DNA of 64,000 bases from an uncultured Clostridia bacterium (GTDB lineage Bacteria > Bacillota > Clostridia > Oscillospirales > CAG-272). A program made the position numbers and the translations under genes. The stretch covers positions 13,481 through 77,480 of the forward strand of contig CANRFY010000006.1 of the NCBI GenBank assembly GCA_947630015.1. The letters are read 5' to 3'. The notes beneath the pieces were generated by a model, which did no database searches, was not told where the DNA came from, and saw only the letters and a program-made list of their open reading frames with translations. How positions within the stretch are numbered: the stretch's first letter is position 1; every line of letters begins with the position of its first letter. Of this stretch, positions 37,821 through 46,149 are shown in pieces.

Positions 37821-38712
37821 CAAAGAAAAACGCGCGATTGAATATCTCCGCACGTTTGAACCGCAGACAGAGCCGTATTATCTCTGCTACAGCGGAGGAA
37901 AAGACAGTGATTGCGTTCGCATACTCGCGGCACTTGCGGGCGTCAAGCACGAAATATGGCACAATCACACGACCGCCGACGCGCCCGAAACGGTCTATTA
38001 TGTGCGGTCAATACCGGGAATACATATCAGCTACCCCGAAAGAACTATGTGGCAGCTCATTGTCGACGAAATGTTCCCGCCGACGCGTCAAGCGCGGTAT
38101 TGTTGCGCAAAACTGAAAGAGCGCGGCGGACGCGGACGCGTAAAAATAACTGGAGTACGGTGGGCGGAAAGCAAAAACAGACGAGACAACGCGGGACTTG
38201 TGAGGATCAACGGGAAGCCGAAAAAAAGCGCAAAGACAGCCGCAGACGCTGGGGCGAAATTCATGATCTCGCCGAAAGAGAACGGAATTATTATGAACAA
38301 CGATAACGCCGAGACGCGAAAAGTAGTAGAAATGTGTTATCGAACAACGTCAACGACAATAAATCCGATCGTAGATTGGACAGACGCGGACGTCTGGGAG
38401 TTTCTGCATCATTACGGGTGCGCGTCAAATCCGTTGTATCAATGCGGCAGAAAACGAATCGGTTGTATCGGCTGCCCGTTGCAGAGCGACGCAGGAATGA
38501 AGCGAGATTTTCAAGAATATCCGAAATATCGTCAAATGTATGTTCACGCGTTCGACCGTATGATTGCAGCGCGGGAGGCGGCGGGAAGAATTAAACCCAA
38601 AGAAATCGAATGGACGGACGGCGAACACGTTATGAGATGGTGGGTCGGTGACGACGCGAGACAAATAACCGTTGACGATATCAACGCAATCGATGCATTA
38701 GATCATAACTGA
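37810..38712 (+). CDS. PAPS-reductase/DndC-like PP-loop protein
   Basis: PP-loop CYSGGKDS; C-terminal Cys cluster CGRKRIGCIGCP. Confidence 0.8.
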   Translation: MDTDKEKRAIEYLRTFEPQTEPYYLCYSGGKDSDCVRILAALAGVKHEIWHNHTTADAPETVYYVRSIPGIHISYPERTMWQLIVDEMFPPTRQARYCCAKLKERGGRGRVKITGVRWAESKNRRDNAGLVRINGKPKKSAKTAADAGAKFMISPKENGIIMNNDNAETRKVVEMCYRTTSTTINPIVDWTDADVWEFLHHYGCASNPLYQCGRKRIGCIGCPLQSDAGMKRDFQEYPKYRQMYVHAFDRMIAAREAAGRIKPKEIEWTDGEHVMRWWVGDDARQITVDDINAIDALDHN

Positions 38713-38723
38713 AAGGAGATTTT

Positions 38724-39428
38724 ATGAAACCTATATACAAACCGAAAGGCGCCGCAAAAGAATACGGCGATTACGCGCTCAACATTTACACGGGGTGTCC
38801 GCATAGATACTATTACTGCTTCGCTCCGCTTACTCTGCATTGCGACAGAGAAAAATTCCATTCGCATGTCGAGCCGCGTAAGAACATCGTCAAGGAAACG
38901 CGGAAACAAATCGAGCGCGAAGGAATAACGGGCAAGCTAATACATCTGTGCTTTGCGTGTGACCCGTACCCGATCGGATATGACACGTCGACAACGCGTG
39001 AGATAATAGAGCTGCTCAAAGACAGCGGAAATCATGTGCAGATACTCACAAAGGGCAACGGAGAACGCGACTTTGATTTGCTCGACGGTAATGACTGGTA
39101 CGGTATAACGTATTCGGGCGCAGAGGCCTGCCAAGAGATAGATGCTTTGTACCCCGCGTTCAGACGGCGAAGTTTAGAGAAAGCTCGGGAAAAGGGGATT
39201 AAAACGTGGATTTCCTTCGAGCCGGTGCTTGATGCTTACGAAGTGTTCCACTGGATCATCGAGTATCACGACATCGTTGACACTGTAAAAATCGGCAAGC
39301 TGAATTATTTCCCGTCGGATATAGACTGGAAGTCGTTCGGACGGGAGGCGGAAAGACTGTGCAAAAAATACGGTCTTGACTACTACATCAAAGACAGCCT
39401 GCGTGCAGAAATGGGAGAAACATTGTAA
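38724..39428 (+). CDS. radical-SAM-like (SplB/COG1533-type) protein with degenerate cluster motif
   Basis: ALNIYTGCPHRYYYCFAP aligns with the ..N.Y.GC.HGC.YCYA pattern, but the middle Cys is Tyr. Confidence 0.6.
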   Translation: MKPIYKPKGAAKEYGDYALNIYTGCPHRYYYCFAPLTLHCDREKFHSHVEPRKNIVKETRKQIEREGITGKLIHLCFACDPYPIGYDTSTTREIIELLKDSGNHVQILTKGNGERDFDLLDGNDWYGITYSGAEACQEIDALYPAFRRRSLEKAREKGIKTWISFEPVLDAYEVFHWIIEYHDIVDTVKIGKLNYFPSDIDWKSFGREAERLCKKYGLDYYIKDSLRAEMGETL

Positions 39429-39441
39429 GGGACGGCTGCGT

Positions 39442-39684
39442 ATGACAAAAAAAGAATTTATAGAGCAATGCTCCAGTCTTGGGTATTGTTCAAAAGCAGT
39501 TGCCAAACAGTACGCTGGGGCGAGAGAGCAATTCACGGACAATGATTTCATAGAGGTTTTTCGATTTGCAGAAAAACGCCACGCTATGGAACACGGAGAC
39601 AGTCCCCACGGCAAGCGCGTACTTGAAAACGGTGGCAGGACCACTAAACAGTTTACCGTCCACAACGGGCATAACGAACACTAA
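39442..39684 (+). CDS. hypothetical phage protein
   Basis: 80-aa ORF starting MTKKEF. Confidence 0.45.
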   Translation: MTKKEFIEQCSSLGYCSKAVAKQYAGAREQFTDNDFIEVFRFAEKRHAMEHGDSPHGKRVLENGGRTTKQFTVHNGHNEH

Positions 39685-39696
39685 AGGAGTATTGAA

Positions 39697-39981
39697 ATGA
39701 CAAGAAATCAGATCCTCGACGCAGCGAAACTCTGCGTTTCAGATGAACGAGAAAAAACATATGGCTCGCCGGAAAACAATTTTGAATGTGCAGCGCAAAT
39801 GATAAGCGGGTACCTGGGATATCCGGTTGATGCAGCGGACGTGGCAATCATACTCGCGCTCGTCAAGATATCGCGCATGACGAGCGGCGTCAATATTACC
39901 GACAACTACATAGACCTTGCGGGGTACGCGGCGATTGCGGGAGAACTCACGACGGACGACAGAAGTGGAGACGCGACATGA
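39697..39981 (+). CDS. conserved hypothetical phage protein
   Basis: AAAGGAG RBS; 94 aa. Confidence 0.55.
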   Translation: MTRNQILDAAKLCVSDEREKTYGSPENNFECAAQMISGYLGYPVDAADVAIILALVKISRMTSGVNITDNYIDLAGYAAIAGELTTDDRSGDAT

Positions 39982-40859
39982 GCAAAACAAAAAGCGAATT
40001 TTCGAAGCGTGGTTTATTCGGGGCGCGGGTGCATTGTCTCGGATATGTGGAAAAAACGCATAATCATTATTGGACCGACGAGAAAAGAGAGCAATGCGTT
40101 TGCTTCATGGGCGATAAGCAGGAAGAAGTCGACGGCGAGCATGACTGCGACTTGTATCGGTACGTTGATACCGCGTTTGACGGCATAGCGGTCGGGACTA
40201 CGATTTTATCGACAAAATTAAATGCATATTACGACACACCGTATTATGGGCGCGAGGGATATGTGGTTCACAAGTCGGAACCGGGAAAATTTGTGATTGT
40301 GTACTACCGCAATAACAGAAAAAGGCTTGTACCGCTTGACAAATTAGAGAAAGAGATAGTCACAATGCCGGAGACAAACAAAAGGCCGCGCCTATGCGAT
40401 ATACTCGGTGTAGAGGTGGACGAGCACTTCACGATTAAGGGCGCGACGTTAAACGGAACAGCGATAATATATTACATACAGCCGGACGGACGATTCGCAG
40501 CGATTCCGTCACGCGCTGTGGCATTGTCGGACTACATCATGGACGCGATCAACGATCCGGCTCTCGTCAAACATATTGAGCCGACTTTTTCGGATGATGA
40601 AAAGGGGTTTCTTAGCATTATGAAACGTCTTGGTTTCGAATGGCTCAGCCGAGATGTCGGCGAGCTGGTAACGTTTATCAGCTTTTGGGGATCACAGCCG
40701 ATAGTGCAGGTCCATAACGACAAAGTGACAATATTCGGCGGAGGCGGGAGCAATACTATCAGCATGCCCGTTGACTGTTTGCCGTGCGTAAAGCCTGGCG
40801 ACGTATACAGCATCGACGAGGTGCTGCAACGTGGAGGTACCGGCAATGAGCAATCGTGA
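39978..40859 (+). CDS. hypothetical phage protein
   Basis: 293-aa coupled ORF. Confidence 0.55.
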   Translation: MSKTKSEFSKRGLFGARVHCLGYVEKTHNHYWTDEKREQCVCFMGDKQEEVDGEHDCDLYRYVDTAFDGIAVGTTILSTKLNAYYDTPYYGREGYVVHKSEPGKFVIVYYRNNRKRLVPLDKLEKEIVTMPETNKRPRLCDILGVEVDEHFTIKGATLNGTAIIYYIQPDGRFAAIPSRAVALSDYIMDAINDPALVKHIEPTFSDDEKGFLSIMKRLGFEWLSRDVGELVTFISFWGSQPIVQVHNDKVTIFGGGGSNTISMPVDCLPCVKPGDVYSIDEVLQRGGTGNEQS

Positions 40860-41232
40860 CGATGCAACATACCCGTGCAACAAATGTCCGAAAAAAAGTC
40901 ATTGCGACAGAAAAACGTGTGCTGAATGGCAGAAATGGTTTTGCCCGAAATGGGCCGAAACGCGGAGAATGCTGTGCGAACGGCTCCACTATAAGTTAGC
41001 TGAGCGCGACGACGATATCAACGACTTCGCTCACCGCCTGAGAATACTCCGTGTCAGAGCGGGACTGTCGCAGCGCGTACTCGGCGAAATATCGGGGGTA
41101 AAGCAGGACCTGATATCCCGCCTCGAACTGGGAGTAAGTCAGCCGAACGCCGACGTAGCCGAATCGCTTGCGAAGCCGTTAAAAGTGTCGTCTGCATATC
41201 TGCTTACCGGGGAACGACGAAAAATTTTGTAA
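40846..41232 (+). CDS. Cys-rich N-terminus + XRE-type HTH protein
   Basis: CNKCPKKSHCDRKTC...; RLRILRVRAGLSQRVLGEISGVKQDLISRLELG. ATG at 40846 has GGAGG 8 nt upstream. Confidence 0.6.
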   Translation: MSNRDDATYPCNKCPKKSHCDRKTCAEWQKWFCPKWAETRRMLCERLHYKLAERDDDINDFAHRLRILRVRAGLSQRVLGEISGVKQDLISRLELGVSQPNADVAESLAKPLKVSSAYLLTGERRKIL

Positions 41233-41340
41233 CTCTTGTTCAAAAATAGTGAGACACGCTTGAAAAAGTGTGATAACATATAAGCGGGTCTCAACGAAGT
41301 CCTATACTCCGCCCGGCGCCGCAGCGGGTAATCTGCGGCG

Positions 41341-41414
41341 GCTGTTGCAGAGGTGGCTCCTATGCCAAGGTCTGACGCGTGGCAGCGCCGTAGGTTCGAC
41401 TCCTACCAACAGCA
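41341..41414 (+). ncRNA. tRNA-like element (74 nt) with intact acceptor and T-arm but non-canonical D and anticodon regions
   Basis: GCTGTTG...GTAGG-TTCGACT-CCTAC-CAACAGC-A. I could not draw a cloverleaf D-arm or a 5-bp/7-nt anticodon arm. Confidence 0.4.
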
Positions 41415-41538
41415 AAACCCGTCCGCGCGCGCCTGGTGTGTTGGTGTGATTAATGTGTTAAGGCGCGGTTGCCGACGACATCTGCTCAGGCGTAAAAGGG
41501 TGTCCGCTTATATACTGCGGCAGCAGGATGTCAACGAA

Positions 41539-41573
41539 CGGGGGAGCGGCAGCTCCCCCGTCACTATTTTCTT
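41539..41573 (+). terminator. terminator-like hairpin in front of the late activator gene
   Basis: cgggggagc-ggca-gctcccccg followed by tcactattttctt. Confidence 0.45.
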
Positions 41574-41592
41574 CGAAGGAGCAGCGATAGCA

Positions 41593-42000
41593 ATGACTGT
41601 ACGCGAATTGAGCAGGCTCTACTACCTGAATAAGCTGATCGACCGCAACACTGAACAATTGGCAAAGCTTGAAGCGCAGTTGCAGCCCGGCTGTCAAGAG
41701 ATAACGGGAATGCCGCGAAATCCCGTATATGCGAAAAGCACCGTAGAAGAAATAGTTATTCAAGTCGACGATTTAAGGAAACGCATTCAAAAAGAGCAGA
41801 TCGAATATCTGCGCGAAAGACGGCGAATCGAGAAATATATATCCTCGGTCGAGGACTATCAAATCCGTCTGATTATGTTGCTGCGTTTCGTCGACCTGCT
41901 CACATGGACGCAGGTGGCGCAGCGCATCGGCGGGAACAACACCGAGGACAGCGTGCGAAAAGCGTGCAACAGATTTTTGAAAAAATCTGCGAAATCATGA
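41593..42000 (+). CDS. late-gene transcriptional activator (RinA/ArpU/sigma-region-4-like)
   Basis: MTVRELSRLYYLNKLI...coiled N-terminus and C-terminal HTH (LTWTQVAQRIGGNNTEDSVRKACNRFLKK); located just before the packaging genes. Confidence 0.6.
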   Translation: MTVRELSRLYYLNKLIDRNTEQLAKLEAQLQPGCQEITGMPRNPVYAKSTVEEIVIQVDDLRKRIQKEQIEYLRERRRIEKYISSVEDYQIRLIMLLRFVDLLTWTQVAQRIGGNNTEDSVRKACNRFLKKSAKS

Positions 42001-42067
42001 TATGTTGTCCGATATGTCCGCTTTTTCTCGAATATAATGCTATCGTAAAATTCTAAATAATTGCCAG

Positions 42068-42105
42068 CCGCCCGGCGGGTCTTCCCACCGGGCGGTATTC
42101 TTATC
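42068..42105 (+). terminator. hairpin + U-rich tail after the activator gene
   Basis: ccgcccgg-12nt-ccgggcgg followed by tattcttatc. Confidence 0.45.
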
Positions 42106-42207
42106 GGGAGGAGGAGCATCACTGCAATGTCGCTCCTTGCATTGCAGTATTACATCAAAGGCGCCTGAACGCCAACAGTGCGCCGAAAATAAAGGAGGAG
42201 ATACCAA
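42106..42207 (+). promoter_or_regulatory. structured 5' leader of the transporter cassette (unclassified)
   Basis: 9-bp hairpin actgcaatg/cattgcagt whose loop (gctcc) can pair with upstream ggagc; second stem ggcgc/gcgcc abuts the AAAGGAGGAG RBS. Confidence 0.3.
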
Positions 42208-43584
42208 ATGTACGGTATCATTGTTCTCGCCGTATATACGGCGGTTATGATCGGGGTGACGCTGATCTTTTCCCGTAAAAGCAGCGCCGCCGAGGACTTC
42301 CACGTCGCGGACCGCAAACTCGGTACATGGCAGGCTGCTATGAGCATCGCGGCGACGTGGATATGGGCGCCTGCTCTTTTTACGTCTGCGGAAAAGGCAT
42401 ATACTAACGGTCTGCCGGGATTGTTTTGGTTTCTCGTCCCGAATGTAGCGTGCCTGATTATGTTTGTGCCGTTCGCAAAGCGCATTCGCAATAAGATGCC
42501 CGACGGCGTAACGCTGTCGGACTATATGGCGTCAACGTATCATTCGGAGAAGGTGCGAGGGGTCTATCTCGGGCAGCTTTCGCTTCTCTCCGTGCTGTCG
42601 ACGGGCGTGCAGCTGCTCGCCGGCGGCAAAATCTTGTGTACGATCACGGGGATTCCCTTTTGGGCAGTAACGATAATCCTCGCCGTGATCGCATATTCGT
42701 ACTCTCAGTTTTCCGGCATAAAAGCATCGGTGCTCACCGATTCCATGCAGATGATTTTGATGCTTGCGGCCTGCGCGGTATTCGTACCGTGGGCTCTTGC
42801 TAAGGGCGACGGCATGACAAATCTTATCAACGGCATAGGCGGCGTATCGGGCGAGTTTTCTAATCTGTTCGACAGCAACGGACTGTCAGTGCTGCTCTCC
42901 TTCGGAATCCCGACAGCGATAGGACTTATAGCCGGACCGTTCGGAGATCAGTGCTTTTGGCAGCGTGCTTTCTCGATCAGACGTGAGAAGATACGCTCGG
43001 CGTTTATCATCGGAGCGCTGCTGTTCGCCGTAGTACCCCTCTCCATGGGTCTGCTCGGTTATATTGCCGCGGGATCGGGATATGTCGCCGAAGACGCGGG
43101 TGTAGTCAACTTTGAGCTCATTTCTCATCTGTTCCCGAAATGGGCGATGCTCCCGTTTTTGTTCATGGTCGTGTCGGGTCTGCTGTCGACGGTCGACAGC
43201 AACATGTGCGCAGCGGCGTCGCTCACAAATGATTTCGGGGCAAGTCTGAAAACGGCGAAAGGCTCTATGATCGTCGTCCTGCTGCTCGGCATCGGTATCG
43301 CAAATACACCGGGGCTGACTGTGACTCACCTGTTCCTGTTCTATTGCACGCTCCGCACGACAACGCTACTGCCGACAGTCATGACTCTTATGGATCGTAA
43401 GCTTTCGGCGAACGGAATATTCTATGGCATTCTCTCGTCGGCAGTCGTGGGACTGCCGATATTCGCCGCCGGCAATATCGTCGGCAGCGCCGTACTCAAA
43501 ACGGTCGGCAGTCTCGCAACTGTGCTCATCAGCGGCATCGTGGCGGTCGTCGTCTCGAGGAAGGGGGCGGCATCATGTCAGTGA
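42208..43584 (+). CDS. sodium:solute symporter (SSS) family-like transporter
   Basis: 458 aa; many hydrophobic segments; N-terminal pattern FHVADRKLGTWQAAMSIAATWIWAPALFTSAEKAYTNG. Confidence 0.8.
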   Translation: MYGIIVLAVYTAVMIGVTLIFSRKSSAAEDFHVADRKLGTWQAAMSIAATWIWAPALFTSAEKAYTNGLPGLFWFLVPNVACLIMFVPFAKRIRNKMPDGVTLSDYMASTYHSEKVRGVYLGQLSLLSVLSTGVQLLAGGKILCTITGIPFWAVTIILAVIAYSYSQFSGIKASVLTDSMQMILMLAACAVFVPWALAKGDGMTNLINGIGGVSGEFSNLFDSNGLSVLLSFGIPTAIGLIAGPFGDQCFWQRAFSIRREKIRSAFIIGALLFAVVPLSMGLLGYIAAGSGYVAEDAGVVNFELISHLFPKWAMLPFLFMVVSGLLSTVDSNMCAAASLTNDFGASLKTAKGSMIVVLLLGIGIANTPGLTVTHLFLFYCTLRTTTLLPTVMTLMDRKLSANGIFYGILSSAVVGLPIFAAGNIVGSAVLKTVGSLATVLISGIVAVVVSRKGAASCQ

Positions 43585-44360
43585 AATATCTCGGGCGTAA
43601 GCAGTCTATAAGCAACGATGCGTGGCTCGAAGCTATGGCGCACATAGAGGAAACCGTCAGCAGATCGGAGATAGAGGAACTAAGCGCAAAGACCGTTGAC
43701 GCAATCAAGAACGTCGTCGGGGATAAGAAAGCCGCATACGCATGGAGCGGCGGCAAGGACAGCATCGCTCTCGGCAAAATATGCGAAGACGCCGGGATCA
43801 GCGACAGCATGATGGGCGTCTGCGATCTCGAATATCCTGCGTTCATGGCGTGGGTCAGCGACAATAAGCCTGCGGGATGCGAAATCATCAATACGGGCGT
43901 CAATATTGACTGGCTGGCGAAAAACCTTGATATGCTGTTCCCGCAGAAAAGCGACAAAGCCGGAAGATGGTTTGCCATCGTGCAGCACAAAGCGCAGCGC
44001 GAATATTTCAAGCGGCACGATCTCGATATTATGCTGCTTGGCAGACGCCGCGCCGACGGGAATTACACCGGGCAAGGCAACATGTATACCGACGGTAAGG
44101 GCGTGACGAGATACAGTCCTCTTGCGGAATGGAAACACGAGCATGTGCTCGCGTATATCCATTACAACGATCTCCCCCTCCCACCGATATACGAGTGGCG
44201 AAACGGATATTTGTGCGGCACGCATCCGTGGCCGGCGAGGCAGTGGACGGGGAACGTCGAAAACGGATGGCGGGAAGTATATGAGATAGATCCGTCGATC
44301 GTCGAAAACGCAGCGCAGAAAATCGAGAGCGCTCGTCACTTTCTTGAAGAAAGGGGGTGA
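43575..44360 (+). CDS. PAPS-reductase/DndC-like PP-loop protein
   Basis: PP-loop AYAWSGGKDS; overlaps the transporter stop by 10 nt. Confidence 0.8.
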   Translation: MSVKYLGRKQSISNDAWLEAMAHIEETVSRSEIEELSAKTVDAIKNVVGDKKAAYAWSGGKDSIALGKICEDAGISDSMMGVCDLEYPAFMAWVSDNKPAGCEIINTGVNIDWLAKNLDMLFPQKSDKAGRWFAIVQHKAQREYFKRHDLDIMLLGRRRADGNYTGQGNMYTDGKGVTRYSPLAEWKHEHVLAYIHYNDLPLPPIYEWRNGYLCGTHPWPARQWTGNVENGWREVYEIDPSIVENAAQKIESARHFLEERG

Positions 44361-45007
44361 TAAGCGTGAAGATAGTCAAGCGAAAGCTAAGTGAGCTTAA
44401 AAATCCGGAAAAGAACGTTCGCAGGCATACGCCGAAGCAGATAGACGAATTCATTCGGTCTATAAAGATGTTCGGTCAGATACGGCCGATAGTCATAGAC
44501 GAGAACGACGTCATTCTCGCAGGAAACGGTCTGCATGAAGCTCTAATAAAAAGCGGAGCGGAAGAGGCGGACTGCTATATTGCGTCCGGTCTGACGGAGA
44601 ACGAAAAGAAGAAACTCATGCTCGCCGACAACAGGATATTCGATCTCGGCGTCGACGACATAGACGTATTCGATCAGATAATCGCCGAGCTCGAAGGAGA
44701 CCTCGATATCCCCGGATATGACGATGATTTCCTCGAATCTCTCATCATGGACGATGCAGAGACGACCGAGGCGTTGTCCGAATACGGACGGATAGACGAG
44801 AGCGATGCCGAACGGATGCGCAGCGCGGCGACGACGTACGATACAGCCGCCGAGCAAAGACCTGCTCCGACATTCGAAGCGCCGGCGGCATCAGTCTCGG
44901 GCGAAATTCCTTCAACGGCTCCGGTGCCATATTCACAGCCGGCAAGCGCCAATGACGGCAGACCGTATGTGATATGCCCGAAATGCGGTGAGCGGATATG
45001 GCTGTAA
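44357..45007 (+). CDS. ParB/Srx-fold protein with C-terminal zinc ribbon
   Basis: LSELKNPEKNVRRH...IRPIVIDENDVILAGNGLHEAL; CPKCGERIW. The start could instead be the GTG at 44366. Confidence 0.7.
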   Translation: MISVKIVKRKLSELKNPEKNVRRHTPKQIDEFIRSIKMFGQIRPIVIDENDVILAGNGLHEALIKSGAEEADCYIASGLTENEKKKLMLADNRIFDLGVDDIDVFDQIIAELEGDLDIPGYDDDFLESLIMDDAETTEALSEYGRIDESDAERMRSAATTYDTAAEQRPAPTFEAPAASVSGEIPSTAPVPYSQPASANDGRPYVICPKCGERIWL

Positions 45008-46149
45008 AACGTATTCGCTCTGATATGGACGTGGTGACGGCAGCAAAGAAGCGCATCATCAACGCGTTTTCGAACGGCGTGATCGTCTACATGTCCTTCT
45101 CCGGGGGAAAAGACAGCTTGTGTCTTGCGGAGCTCGTCTACGAGCTCATAACCTCGGGCAAGATCGACGCCTCGCTTCTCGTCGTCATTTTCGTCGACGA
45201 AGAAGCTATTTTCCCCTGCATCGAGGAAACGGTTAAAGCATGGCAAAGAAAATTCCTGCTGGTGGGTGCCCGATTTTGGTGGTTATGCCTTGAGGTTAGA
45301 CATTTCAACTGCTTCAACCAGCTCACCGCAGACGAATCCTTCATCTGCTGGGACCGAACAAAGTCAGACGTGTGGATAAGGCGTCCGCCTGCATGCGCGA
45401 TCAGAACGCATCCGGCGCTGAGGCCGCGCGAGGACACGTATCAAATGTTCCTGCCGCGGGCGACACGGGACGGCATAATGATCTCAGGCGTCAGAGCGTC
45501 CGAGTCCGTCCAGCGGCTTCAATATATGGCAGCGCTCAACATGGGTGCAAAGGGTATCACGGGAAATCGGCAGATATATCCCATCTACGACTGGAAGACC
45601 AACGATGTATGGTTGTTCCTCAAAGACACGGGCGTAGAGATACCCGACATCTACATGTACATGTGGCAGGCGGGGATCGGGAAAGGGCAGCTCCGCGTGT
45701 CGCAGTTTTTCTCGTCCGACACAGCCTCATGCCTTGTGCGGATGAACGAATATTACCCAGATCTGATGGAACGCGTCATAAGGCGCGAGCCGAACGCATA
45801 TCTCGCGGCTCTCTACTGGGACAGTGAGATGTTCGGCCGTTCGACCAAGAATCGAAAAGCTCTCGAGGGCAAGGACGACCGCGACTATAAAGCGGAATTG
45901 ATCGACATGATCATAAAGCATCCGAGTGACTATTTCCACACAGATCATCAGAAGCACGTAGCAGAACGATACCGTCGAGTCCTTATAAAAGTAGACGGCA
46001 TGGCGCGTCCCCGCGACTATCGCAAGATGTATGAGGCGCTTATCGCGGGCGACCCGAAGCTGCGTACGTTACGTGCGATATATCAGGACGTAGCATGCTC
46101 ATACGCAGAGTATAGCAGGCGCTTCCGGAAAGGAGGCGCAAATGGCTGA
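44998..46149 (+). CDS. IbrA-like PAPS-reductase-family PP-loop protein
   Basis: PP-loop YMSFSGGKDS; 383 aa with a long C-terminal extension. Confidence 0.75.
   Translation: MAVKRIRSDMDVVTAAKKRIINAFSNGVIVYMSFSGGKDSLCLAELVYELITSGKIDASLLVVIFVDEEAIFPCIEETVKAWQRKFLLVGARFWWLCLEVRHFNCFNQLTADESFICWDRTKSDVWIRRPPACAIRTHPALRPREDTYQMFLPRATRDGIMISGVRASESVQRLQYMAALNMGAKGITGNRQIYPIYDWKTNDVWLFLKDTGVEIPDIYMYMWQAGIGKGQLRVSQFFSSDTASCLVRMNEYYPDLMERVIRREPNAYLAALYWDSEMFGRSTKNRKALEGKDDRDYKAELIDMIIKHPSDYFHTDHQKHVAERYRRVLIKVDGMARPRDYRKMYEALIAGDPKLRTLRAIYQDVACSYAEYSRRFRKGGANG

Noticed and set aside
41353-41592. N-terminal 80 aa of the 215-aa ORF 41353-42000
   Set aside because: It has a non-ATG start, is Arg-rich, and runs through the tRNA-like element and a terminator-like hairpin. 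The ATG at 41593 with a GAAGGAG RBS gives a compact activator-like protein.
42106-42207. Assignment of the transporter leader to a known riboswitch class (preQ1, Na+, guanidine and others)
   Set aside because: I cannot match any consensus from memory. It is reported only as an unclassified structured leader.
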